A DNA stretch of 64,000 nt from the human T2T-CHM13v2.0 reference genome, Homo sapiens. A program made the translations under genes and the position numbers. The notes below the pieces were generated by a model. It worked only from the letters and a program-made list of their open reading frames with translations, was not told the DNA's origin and made no database searches. The stretch lies in NCBI RefSeq assembly GCF_009914755.1, contig NC_060925.1; one strand, given 5' to 3'. This document shows positions 13,170 through 25,520 of this stretch, piece after piece (the stretch's first letter is position 1; each line of letters starts with the position of its first letter).

Positions 13170-16100
13170 CTATGTCAAAAATTATATTCATTTTAGTACT
13201 AAATATTAATCATTCATTTGGTCATTTCTAACCCTGTGCCTGAATACAGACTATTATTGTCTGGGAATAATTAATTCAGATCTGTACTTCTGTTTGATAT
13301 GTCATGATCAAGTGTAGAATTTCTGATGGTAGTCATTCCAGTTTCTGAAAGTGGCATATATTCTTGTTCTTTTCATTAGAAAATCATTTGTTGCATTTTT
13401 AATGAGACAGAACAGTGACTGTGGAGCAGCACTTAAAACTGGAGATCACAATTTGATTCCTATAATGGATGAAATAGAGGATTAGTATCCTTGGAGTTTG
13501 TAGTCTGCTTGCAAGTTAAGAACCGAGAGTATATCAATTAAGCCAAGAGCACTCACCCCTAATCTGAAGAATCTGTAGAACCAGATATGGGTACATTAAA
13601 TAAATTATCTAATTTTACTATTTCTTTGTTTTATGAAATTATTTTTGTTTTTTGGAACCATAGAGATCTGTTCAAATGAAAGTACAATGTTCTCCACCTA
13701 AGACAACACATATTCCACTTCAAGATTATTATTATATTTAAAGCAACTCTGTTTTGAATCACCACTTGACGAATTTTATGAACCTCTTGGGTGAGTTCTA
13801 TGGTGTATTGTCTTGTTATCCTCCTAGTCTTTGCACTGTACTTTGTTATAGCAGGTAGCCATCTGCCCAATTTTCAGACCTCCAGTATAAAGAGTGAAAC
13901 AAAGTGTGAACAAAGAGGCTTGGGCTGAAAAATTTAATCTAATCCAAAACTCCTTTTAGTATCTAAGTTTTTTAACTCAAACTGAAACCCAGTTTTCTCT
14001 TTCTAAAATTTTCTATTTTTTTGTCAAAGGAGGAAAACTGATGGTCCAAACAGGATTCTGGATAATATCAAAGACTAATTTAATGACAGGTATCAGTTTA
14101 TTAAGTAACAGATCCTGTCTAAATTATAGGTAGTAACCAATGGGCTTTTGTGTCCCAAATTTAGTAAGAGTTATTAAAGGCTACCCAATGATCTGTTTCA
14201 GCCACAATAACCAAATGGTGTTTTTGTATTGTATTGTTCTGTCATGACTCATCAAGAATTATCATGCATTAGATAATGAAACTTTTAGTATATAGATCAT
14301 TAGTTACCCCTAAAGCAAAAATGTAGAGATGAGCCTAAGTGGTATCGTTTTCTAATCACTTCTGTAAAAGTGAAACATCAGCCTCACAATTATACACCAG
14401 TACTTCTCTAGCTTTTCTGCAAACTCTATTTTTGTGAAAATTTTACTACCCAAACAAGCTCTATGAAAGGACTCTGAATGTTGATTCTGTGAAGACAGGA
14501 GCCTTCCTGTATAAGGACATCTTTAAAGGGGTTTTAGATTTCTGGCTCTCTGGCCCATGGCATTGTTTGCCCTCAATTAATGCTTTAGGAGTTAGATCAA
14601 ATATCCAGGAAACCAAGTCACTTACTTTTATAAACTGGTATCAAAGGAAGCTGAGTAGAAACAAACTCAATGGCTAGATTGCTTATATATTTTAGCTAAA
14701 TCATAAGAAATTAAATTCCTGCCAGGATTTGAATTATATCAATACCTACAAATGCAAAAACCAATATTAAGGATAGAAACTTTCAAGAATCATAGTTACC
14801 AGCTAAAAAAAAAATCGGTTAATAATCCACAACTTTAAAACAGGAAAGAGGAAAGAAAATAGCTGGGAAAATAAAAACGTGCAGTTTGAACCATAACTGT
14901 CTGTGACTCTAGATATCTGGTTCTTGTTCTGTTGGCATTAGGTGCAAGATATTTACTCCTTGCCATTGTCTACTTGATCTGAGGGTCTTTGGCAAAAACT
15001 TTATCATACTCTCAAAGTTTGTCCACTTCTGGAGGATTCCTAAATGTCTTCAGCTTGAAGTCTCCAGAAGGATACAGGTCTGAGGAAAAACATTCTAGCA
15101 TTTTACTGTTGTTAGTTTTTAACGGTACCAGATAACATCCATTTCACTGTCTTAAGGGAGATTTTTTTTCTGATGTCTTTTCCACAAGATGAAATCTCTC
15201 AGAATGTTATAATGGTAGAAATTGAAATCCTCTATTTACATATAACACACAATTAATTCTTGAAGATGTAATCCATGATTGTCCTGGGAGGAAGAACATG
15301 TTATAAACAGTGTAAACTTTTTGACTTGTGTAATAGATACTTTTTGACTTGTATAATAGTGAGCACTATGATTGTTCCTGATTAGTAAGAATAATGAATT
15401 AATAACTCAGAAACAAAGTCACTTTTTAGACTCATTATGCATTGTTCTTTTTAGAGAACACAAGGGTGTTTCTGAGAAATACACAATCATTAAACATAGA
15501 TATTTTAATTTATTATGTTAATATAAATAAATATTTTGTTATATTTATTTTATTTAATATAGGAGGACTGAATTTCTCTTTTGTCATTTTTTTTTAATTC
15601 TAACTTTGGTAAATAAAGTACCTGTAATTTTGAGTTAATTAAAATTTGAGAAATGAATCACAAATAGTTCCATTGTCTTTTCACTTGTAATATGGAGGAG
15701 CAAAGGTAATTCAGGTTTAAATGAAATCTTAAAAGTTTTATTATTTTTAGTTGCTACTTGAATTTGGAAAAGAAAAAATCAATAAAGGTTGTTAATGCAG
15801 TAAAATACTAACATAAGTCATAATATCTACAAAGTCATTATTGGCAATATTTCATAAACACAATTAAGATATTTATTAGGAAATTACCTTTCAAAAATAA
15901 TGAAATTTTCTTTCAAAATGATTCAGGAAACAAAAAAGTTCAGAGGGTCAATAAAATATTTTTGGTGATACAAGGAAATTCTTTTACCTGGATAGAGAAC
16001 TTGGACATTTTATGACAAGACATCCCAGATTCTGAATTTATTCCTTTATTTTTTCCATGTAACAAGTTATAGTAATATTTTATAACTTTTTACATTAGGA

Positions 16101-17709
16101 ATAAATTCACTCACTCTGGAACAACAGTACTCAAAACAATTTTGAAGACAATGCATATATTTATTCCACTTATATATTTCTCATACATTTCATATATTTA
16201 TTCATTCTCCATCAGCACTAGAAACCTAGACAAACTGAAATTACCTATCTCAGACCTTTTACATGGACAGTACTTTAAGTTTGTCTTCTATTTTCTTTTT
16301 ATTATAAATCTTTCAATTAATCCTTAATACTCTGTTTATTTATTTAAACATATACAAATATATATGAGTAGAGGGAAATAAAGGGTAAAATGAAAACTCT
16401 AAACATTAGCTTTAAGAAATAAATTAATCAGCATTCATATATATATTACTAAATTTATCATATTAATAACCTTTACAGCTTATTAAAATTACAAGCTACT
16501 TATAATTTGTATGCATATTTTTATTCCTATGGAAGCATTATAGCTAGCATTATCTCAATTTTTTATATTAATTACCACCTTTAACCAAAATAATCAACTT
16601 GCTTTTCGGGCAAAAGAGAACTAGAAGCTGAAAAATTAATAATTTTGTAGCTATATTTTCTATAAGCACACTTTTTTTTTAGAACGTAAACAAATTTTAA
16701 AATATATAATCATCAAGACATTTGTACATAGCATTGCTTGATAGCCAGTCTACATATAAAAATTTTAAAAGTTAATTTAAAACTGTATGGTGACATATGC
16801 CTGTATCTTTTCCTTAAAATTATTCAAGTAGTCAAATATCATTTATTAGTTACCTCGTTTTAATAATAGTAAAAAGTTTTAAGTTGAATAAAGATCTGGA
16901 AGTTATAATTTAAGCTAGTTGTTAGAGCTTCATGGTTGGTAGCATGGTAGCATTAAAATAATTCATAACAGTAAACCATTTAACTGATGCTTAATATTAT
17001 TTCATGTGGTTGAATACAATTTTAGGTTTTTGTAATTTGAAAACCTTTGAGGAAGCAATAATAGTTTACAAGGCCTATTGCTATTATGATAATTTTATAA
17101 AGTTTAAATCATGAAATGTTATAACTAAATTTTCTTTTAATAAAAATACTATGCTAATGCTATTTTTACATGGGTACCATATCAGAGAGAAAAATGTAGT
17201 CATTTTACATTTTAAATTAAATCACTCTAACTTATTCAAAATATAACAAATCTTGCTTGAAATTTTTCTAATGCAAATAAACCATTATATTCAAATATCA
17301 AAAAGTTATGATCAATTAATGTGTAATATTTCCCAAGAAAAAAGGAAAAGATAAGGATAGGAAGGTAAAAAAGGAAATATGAGAAGAAATTACCTTCAAG
17401 CAAAAGTAAGGAGATCTATTATAGTAAATATAATAACTTACTTTTTAGGCAGACAAGACAGAATCTGTTCATGAGGAGTTTCTCTTTCTTTCTCGTCTTT
17501 TCTTTTTCTTCTTGTTTGCTCTAACGTGCCTCTCAAACACACTCAATAATGTCAAAGTTTTCTCAAAATAGCCAGTGCAACTTCAGATTTTCCCTGATAA
17601 AATCATGCCAGTTAAAAAGATATGCATATGGCTGACAACATGAAAACATCATGTGTTTAAGTAGATGTTTTAAATAGACTGAAAACTTTATGAAAATTGC
17701 AAAAGTCAT

Positions 17710-17758
17710 TGTATCAGTTGGTATTCTCTAGAGAAACAGAACTAATGACAGATGATAC

Positions 17759-17804
<46 letters not shown>

Positions 17805-18313
17805 TATACGATTGATTGGAAGAGATTTATTGTGGAAAATGGCTAATGTAATTATGAAGGCTGAGAAGTCCCATGATATGCCATCTGCAGGCTGGAGAGC
17901 CAGGAAAGCCAGAGGTGTAATCCAGTCTGAATTAGAACCAGGGGAGCTGATGGTATAACTCTCAGTCCAAGGCTGAAGGCATGGGAATAATGGGGGCAGC
18001 CAGTGGTGTAAGTCCTGAAATCTGAAGGCCCAAGAAGCAGGGGCTCCTGTGTCCAAGGGTGGGAGAAAATGGGCCTCAGCTCAGGAAGATAGGGGAAGCA
18101 TTGGATCTTCATCTGTCTTTTGTTCTTGGTTCTAAATGGATGAGATGATACCTGCTCACATTGTTGAGCTCGGATCTTCTTTACTTAGTCTACTGATTGA
18201 AATACTAATCTTTTCAGGAAATACCCACACAAACACACAGAGAAATAATGTTTTACCAGCTATCTGGGCATCCCTTAGCCCAGTTAAGTTAACATATAAA
18301 ATTAACTCTCACA
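17710..18313 (-). mobile_element. MLT2-family (ERVL) solo LTR
   Basis: TG...CA termini; ttctctagagaaacagaac, ggctgagaagtcccatgatatgccatctgcaggctggaga and gttttaccagctatctgggcatcccttagcccag; 5-bp flanks GTCAT/GTCAG. Confidence 0.88.
17761..17804. repeat. (AGAT)11 tetranucleotide STR
   Basis: 11 perfect AGAT units counted directly. Confidence 0.95.
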
Positions 18314-18809
18314 GTCAGTAAAAAAAGAGTGCTTGTACAAATGTGTATCTGCAGAACCTGGCCAACTGCCAGCCAATATCACATGAGGGCCCAACAAAAC
18401 AACTCTTTTCTCCAAAAACAGAAATTCCTCTGCAGCACATTCTCCTCCAGCCTCCTTCAGCTGTTTTCCTAATGGTGTGTCCCACATTCTTTTGCAGTTC
18501 AAGTCCTCTTTCCCAATGATGAGCAATATGTCTTATTAACCATAGGAAAGTTTTGCTCCTTGCTAGGTCATGTGATGGATGGAGGTAAACTACCCTAATC
18601 CCTCTCTCTGTTTAAAATTACTCTCAACTTCTTTGCTCTCTTTACTCATCAGGCTGAGGGATTAATGTCAGATTACTATAGGAAGTTGACAGAAATTCCA
18701 AAATTGTATGATTGTTTTGAGGCATCCTCCACTCCCTTATTTGATTTGGAAAGAAGGCCAAGTAACCCCTCTGCTGGCTTGTGAAGTGTATTTTCTGGTA
18801 ACAGCATAA

Positions 18810-20295
18810 TTAGGAATTAAAAAAAAACTAGAAGATCCCTAAATGTCCTAAATTAAACAACGTATTTAAAAATAACCCATGCATTGAAGAAGGAATCACA
18901 AACAAATTAAAAATATTTCAAGCTGAATAAAAATAAAAATGTAGCAAAATTTGTGGGATGCAGTTAATGCAATGCTTGGCAAAATTTTTAGTTTTAAAGG
19001 ATTTCATTGTTTCAATGTCCTATATATGGTCTATCTTGGAATATATTCTATGTCCATGTGAAAAGATTGCCTGTTCTGCATTTGTTGGATATAGCATTCT
19101 ATAAATATCAATAAGAACAAGGTGATTGAGAGTGATATTCATATCTTCTGTACTCTTACTAATTTCCTCTAACCTTTTTCAATTTCCGAGAGAGATATTG
19201 TGTTTTTTAAGTATGGTGGCATATTTTTGTATTTCTCTCTTTTTTTCTGTGAGTTTTTGCTTCGTACATTTAGAATCTCTTACTTGGTGCAAACACATTT
19301 ACGGTTGCTACATCTTCCTGATGAATTATCCTGTTTATCATTATCAAAAATCTCTGTCTCTCTTTTTAAAGTCTTTGTCTTATATTTTACATTTTTCTGA
19401 TAAAGCTGTAGCCTCACTAACTTTCATATGCTTCCAGTTTGCATGATAGATTATTTTCCATCCTTTTATTTTCAGTGTACTTCTTGTAAACAGATAAAAT
19501 TAGTTCTTGCTTTTTTAACCATATGGTTTCACTGGTGACTTCTATCAACTATTAAAGGAAGAAATATTACCAATATTAAGCACACACGTTCAAAAAATAC
19601 TGGAAGAGTAAACACTTCCCAATTAACCTTGATACCAAAACCTGGTATCAAGTTTTTTGCTAAGGAATAGACACAAAAATCTTTGACAAAATGTTAGCAA
19701 ATTTAATCTACCAATATATAAAAAAAATGCATCATTAACAGATTAGGCTTATCTGAGGATTAACACTGAAAAATCAAACAATTTTATTCACCATATTAAC
19801 AGGATAAAGGAGAAAAACCTTGTGACCATCAAAATAAATGCAGAAAAAAGCATTTGACAAATTAAATAACCTTTAGTCATAAAACCCCTTACCAAGTCTA
19901 GAATAGAAAAAAATTTCCTCCATTTAATAAGAGTACCTACAAAAATCTATAGCTAATGTCAGACTTAATTAATCGAGTGCCTTCTTCAAGATAGAGAACA
20001 AAGCAAGAATATTCATTGTTGTAACTTGTACACTACATTGTATCAGAAGGTCTAGCCATGGTAGTACAGTAAGAAAAGGCACAAAGTTTGGAAAAGAAGT
20101 AAAATCTTTTTTTTTATTCACAGATGACATAATTAATTTTATACAAAACCCAAAGGAATCTATAAAGCCAACTACCTGAACTAATTAAGACTGACAAATT
20201 CTAAATATGCAAGTTCAATATAAAATAATCAATTGTATTTCTGAAAAATTTAAAACTGCATTAACTGTAGCATCAATAACTATAAAATACTTACT
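18810..20295. mobile_element. Old L1M ORF2 pieces in +/-/+ arrangement
   Basis: 18810-19000 sense post-endonuclease region; about 19005-19520 antisense endonuclease region; 19525-20295 sense RT region (ggtttcactggtgacttctatcaa; aaatgcagaaaaaagcatttgacaa). Confidence 0.7.
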
Positions 20296-20494
20296 TATAT
20301 GGTGGGCCTTCACCATATAGAGGCTCAGGCCTTCAGTTCTGGAAAACTACCTTGTCTTTCTGTAATGTTTCCTTCATTTTGTGTGTTCTTTATGGAATTG
20401 CAATTAGTTAAGATACTTGACCTCCTAAATTAATAACATGAATTTTCTTTTCCCTTTTTGTTCAATTCTCAACATTTTCTTTATATTTTTCATC

Positions 20495-20615
20495 ATTCTT
20501 CACTTTTAGAATGAGGCACAGAGAACCTGGGTAATTCTTCAGGATCACTCAGTCTTTGTTTGAACTGCTCTTTGGAAACAGAGCACATGACTTTAGCGAC
20601 TACACAATACTGCTT
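20495..20615 (-). mobile_element. MIR fragment
   Basis: tgaggcacagagaacctgggtaattcttcaggatcactcag. Confidence 0.45.
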
Positions 20616-22987
20616 TTTTTAGAAAATGCTTTTGTAATGAATAACCTGATGTTTAATTAATAAGTGTATCCTATAGGGCAGAGAAGCCACAAAAAGATAT
20701 AAAAATGCATTCATAATACTATGAGAAAATATAAAGATGAGGTTTTATAAAAGTGATACCATAAAATGTTCCAATTGTTTTGGTTTGGAACTATGATAAA
20801 TCTTGGTATTGAATTGATTTTTCTAGTAAACATTTACAATAAAATAGAACTGGAATTTTTTCTTGTTCCAGATTGCAAATTCCTCAAGGTCAAAGGCCAT
20901 ATTGTATTAAGTTTTATACCTCAGAATGGAATAATAGCTTGTTATAGATGACTTATCACTGATATTCTAAAATTTTGGAAGTCAAGTTATTTATATGAAT
21001 GATTAAAAAGATGTACATAATGGCTAATTGGACAGCATACTTATAATTAGGCTCAGAGCTTACTCCCTTTTTTTCAAACTGAGAGTATGGATAATACATG
21101 CCGTATGTTTTTAAACTCATTTTTGTAACTATAACTTAAAATTGCTATTAAAGTGCTAGAGCCTTATATATTTATTTTACTTTATTATTTTTTCCATTTG
21201 CTAAGGGATATTTTAAATAGATATGAGAGTCTGATGAGTATCTTTGCATAGATTTCTACTTAAGCCATTGTTTACATTTTTCTTCATCTTTTTGGAATAA
21301 GGCAATAAAATAGTGTAAATAAGTAAATTCATATTTCAAACAGTTATAATAGTATGTGGTACATATATAACATTTAGAATAGCACTAATATAAAAAGGGA
21401 TATTAGGGACTTACCAATATTTGGCTTTGTAGTTTCATGCATAATCAAAGTTAAATGTTGACTTCTAATTTGAAAGTCAACACTTCCTAATCTAGCTGGA
21501 GTCCTTGATGAAACTCCTTGGCTGCATGTGCTATGCTGTCACAAAGAGGGAAGCTGCTGCCATTAAAGACAGGAATGTTGGTCTTTGAGCATTCCTATGC
21601 AATCTTCACATGGCTTCAGTACACATTCACTGCTTCCTATGATATCTACTCCTTGGTTCTGAAAAATCTGTATCAATTTAAAACCAGTGCAGCCGAACCT
21701 CTATAGTAGTGCTTATCAATCCTGGCAGCACTAATACATCTGTTAAATGATTTGACACCAACACAGTCTTTTTTAATAAATCTGAAATAGGGTTTAAGGA
21801 TCTCTATTCTTAAGAGGTTTCACTGGCTATTCAGATTGAGTACCCTGCATCATGGGAGCTGCTTTTAGAGGCAGCCAGAAGTTGGGTCCAGCAACCACAT
21901 ATCAGAGCTGGCCTACGTCATTCTAAAGATTACAACATCTAGAGGAAAATCTTGGAAAGAAAAAAAAATGTCATAGTAGGAAACAGAATCCTAGAATATA
22001 TGTCCCCACTAGAAATGTATTATGGGCACAAACCAAAAGATTCCTGCTATTAATGCCAAAAAATATATAACACATTTTCAGGTCTTTTGGTCTTCAGTGA
22101 GAAATGAGTTTGTACTTAAATGGGCAGAAAATTAGCCAAAAGTCATCCACACACTTTGCTAGCCAGCACTAGATGTGTATAAGGCCCATGGGGTGGGCAT
22201 TTGAATTCTACTTTCCTACCAGATTTAACTTTCTTTTTATAATGCACCCTTTAAAGATTCTGTGAAACAAAAGAATGTCTAATTTTCAAATTAAAGTGCC
22301 TTTATTTTGCTTTCAATCTTGAGTGCTAGAACTCAAGTGGATGTAAAATGCTAAATTTTTGCTTACTTTCCTCAACACAGAAGATATTTTCAGTTCTAGC
22401 AACCATCTTTGTGGATAAACTGGCCATGATTCTGATTTTGATGCTCTGTAGGCTCCCTAGTAACTTTCAAGAATTTATTTTGTATCTAATGTTTTCCATT
22501 CCTTCTACAATTTATTTAGTGTAGATTTATTTTTACTTGTTTTTTTTCTAAAGCCTATAGGCCCCTTCAATTTGAAGCTTATATTTTTATTTACTTCTGG
22601 AAAAATATCTTTCAGTTCTTCAAATACTATTTCTAACTCATTCTCTCCTTTTCAAAATCCCATTATATGTGTATTAAGTATGCACAAGCAATCATACATG
22701 TTTCTTAATATTTCTCTCATATTTTCTATCTACTTTAGACTACATGCTACATATGGGATGATTTTTTCAATTGATATATTATTTTATTGAGTGTATACTT
22801 GCTATTTGCTTCTTTTCCAAATTTACCTGAGATAGCTAGCTAGCTAGATACATTCCAGATCAACACATGTAAAATTCAGTGATTCTTTGAATAGATTTCT
22901 CTAAATACAAATGAAAATGCCTTTAGCTAATATAAAATGTTTTCAAAAGTTTATCTAGTAATCCTTTTTTTCAGATTTATTTCTAGG

Positions 22988-23034
22988 AATTTTAATGATT
23001 CAATAATTTTAATGATTCAATTTTAATGATTCAA
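22988..23034. repeat. Three tandem copies of AATTTTAATGATTC
   Basis: Copies at 22988-23001, 23005-23018 and 23019-23032. Confidence 0.9.
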
Positions 23035-23349
23035 CCAGAATACTAGGTTAATAATACTAAACAAGGTAAATAGACGTGGACCCTGTCTTCATGGAACGTA
23101 ACCTTTAAGAAAAAATACAGACTTGATTTTATGATTGTTTGGAGGTTTAAATGAGTGTGTGTAACATTTAGTGTCTGTCTCTTGGTAATTGTTCATAAAT
23201 TAACTATTATTAATTTGTATGAAAATAATACTCGAGGTGTTATGAAAAGGGAATTGTATGGTTCTGTGGGAGTCTATAAGAGGAACAGGGAGATCTCCTG
23301 AGGAAGGCCTAAGAACGACATACTCACTAGATGAGCAAGGGTGGAGCCT

Positions 23350-23785
23350 ATTAATCCTGAAAACCAATTATTGTCCTTCTTCTGCCTTGCTCCATGTCCA
23401 GGGAGAAGACCTATAGCTGGTTTCTGGCTGCAATTAACCAGTGGGAGACACTGGTTGGAGAAGAAAGAGAAATGGGAAAAGCCAGAGTATTTCTCTCCCA
23501 CCACAGGGGCCTTCACTAGCAGCAGCTACATATCCTCCATCATGTTTTTGGCTCCTGCCCAGTAAGCCTACTAAGGTTTCAACCTCTGCTATATGAATCA
23601 AGGCCCTGGGCTTCAGAAACATGCCTCTTCCTGTTTACATACATACTGGCTTCCAGCTGTTGCTACTCTCTGCCCTCTCTTGGGCTTCTCAGCTCCTCCA
23701 CCTCCTGTGTAACCAATTTCCTTGCACTCAGTTCTCTCTGTGACAAATATTTGAAGTGGTTTTTGACTTTTAGTAACACTGTGAG
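23350..23785 (+). mobile_element. Old ERVL-type LTR (LTR33/LTR16-like)
   Basis: accagtgggagacactgg..aagccagagtatttctctccc..gtaaccaatttccttgcac..aaatatttgaagtggttt. Confidence 0.5.
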
Positions 23786-24079
23786 ACACTAGGTAAAAAC
23801 AGGTGATGAGATATGTTGTAGACAGCACAAATAGTATATTTAAACGTATCACTATGAGAAAAGGCAAATGGGATTGTATTTTTATGGATTCTAGAAAGCT
23901 ACCAGAAAATGTTGAGAAAATATTCTTTTGAGAAAGTAATCATGTGCTGACACAGAATTAAAGATTTTTTAAAGATTTATTAAACATTACGACGCAGTTT
24001 TTCAAGATTTCCCATTCTCTAAAATGTTATTGCTATTGGAATGTGAACATACAGATATTGTTAGATTCTGTCTCACTCA

Positions 24080-24260
24080 CTATACACTTCAGTACCTGGC
24101 TTCACCACTCACCAGTTACATGACGTACAAGTTACTTTACTTTTTGTTGCCTCAGTTTATTCATACATAAAGTGGAAATTATAACAGTAACTTATTTACT
24201 TCATAAAGTACCTACAATAGTGCCTAGTTACAGTGAGTATTCTCAAATTGTTAGTTCTTG
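24080..24260 (+). mobile_element. MIR SINE
   Basis: cctggcttcaccactcaccagttacatgac..caagttactt..gcctcagttt..acaatagtgcctag. Confidence 0.7.
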
Positions 24261-25202
24261 TTTTATTCTTATTTTTTTCCCTCAATTTTGAAGGGAGAGA
24301 AAGCTATGGGAAGTGAGGATGATATATGTGCTTTGCCTAACCAAGATTTTAAGCAGACCTACAGTACTACGGAAGAAAGGAAGTGAAATCTGGAAATGTT
24401 ACTAGGCTTCAGATTTTGAAGATTTGTGTATGACATATAAAAGGTAATTAAATATCTAGAGCATTCAAAAATATTCTGGGATTGCTTTAGATAATGAAAT
24501 TGGAAGGAAGTGATAATAGAGATTAGAAGTAATTTGGGAAGTTCTGGTAACCCTCTAGGAAAGATGTCAACAAAGAGACCACTAGCCCATATGGCACCTT
24601 TGCTAATTGAAAAATGACTCCCCTTCCTCCATGCACATGCAATTCCATGCAAAAGTATATGGTTTGGTAGACAGGCTCCTAAGCCTGGTTCTTTTACGCA
24701 GTTCACAAACTGCCTCCAGCTTTTTGTGCAAGCAGCTTTAGACATTACAAAACGGCTTAAGGGTGGTAAAGATGGCTTAAAGAATCAAAGTGATTGAAAA
24801 AAAAAAACCAAAAACACCCTCACAGGATAATTCTTGGCCTTCAATGACAGTCGCATAAGGATTAGGCTCACTCCTCAAGGAGATTTAACAGATATGAATA
24901 CTTTATGGATGATGACAGGCAAGCATGCGATAAGAGATGGTAAGATACAGTTAGAGAATCCATCAATGTTTTCCAAAACAAATATTAATTTCAAGTCAGT
25001 GTGACTCTTTCTTCTAATGAAACTCAAGGACATAGCACAACAGTAATAATCTTACTCCATTATTAATTTTCTGGTTTTTTCTTCAAGGAAAATTATTTCC
25101 CTGGCACATATTAATTTTATTCCTTATAAAAGAAGAGCAAATTTGTTTTTTAATATTCTTTGGAATATTATTGAAAAACATTTTCATAAAAAGCCAAGCA
25201 TC

Positions 25203-25482
25203 AGCCAGGCGCGGTGGCTCACGCCTGTAATCCCAGCACTTTGGGATGCCAGGACGGGTGGATCACGAAGTCAGGAGATCGAGACCATCGTGGCTAACAT
25301 GGTGAAAACCCGTCTCTACTAAAAATGAAAAAAATTAGCCGGGCGTGGTGGTGGGTGCCTGCAGTCCCAGCTACTCAGGAGACTGAGGCTGGAGAATGGC
25401 GTGAACCTGGGAGGCAGAGCTTGCAGTGAGCCGAGATCGCGCCACTGCACTCCAGCCTGGGCGAAAAAGAGAGACTCCGTCT

Positions 25483-25518
<36 letters not shown>
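25203..25518 (+). mobile_element. AluY, full length, 35-nt pure poly(A) tail
   Basis: AluY diagnostics GGAGATCGAGACCATC, GAGAATGGCGTGAACC and GAGCTTGCAGTGAGCCGAGATCGCGCC. TSD core GCCAAGCATC at 25193-25202 and 25520-25529. Confidence 0.92.

Positions 25519-25520
<2 letters not shown>

Larger units (their letters stand above)
13200..18800 (-). mobile_element. Decayed class I (gamma-type env) ERV internal region, interrupted by an MLT2 LTR
   Basis: Minus-strand env TM immunosuppressive-domain motif IRQVVIQNRVALNII (QNRVAL at 13739-13756), followed after a frameshift by GICVVLGGEHCTFI (degenerate CX6CC, 13684-13716). Integrase C-terminal remnant FILWKRHQKK..*NGCYLVPLKT (GPY/F-like) at about 15110-15195. 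The extent beyond about 15400 is inferred from AT-rich ERV1-like sequence. Confidence 0.65.

Noticed and set aside
13631-13870. 79-aa env-like ORF as a co-opted, syncytin-like gene
   Set aside because: Frameshift between the ISD and the cysteine motif, degenerate CX6CC, no ATG or signal peptide, and no open SU frame.
22988-23034. Short direct repeats as a CRISPR-like array
   Set aside because: No unique spacers, only 3 adjacent copies, eukaryotic context and no cas genes.
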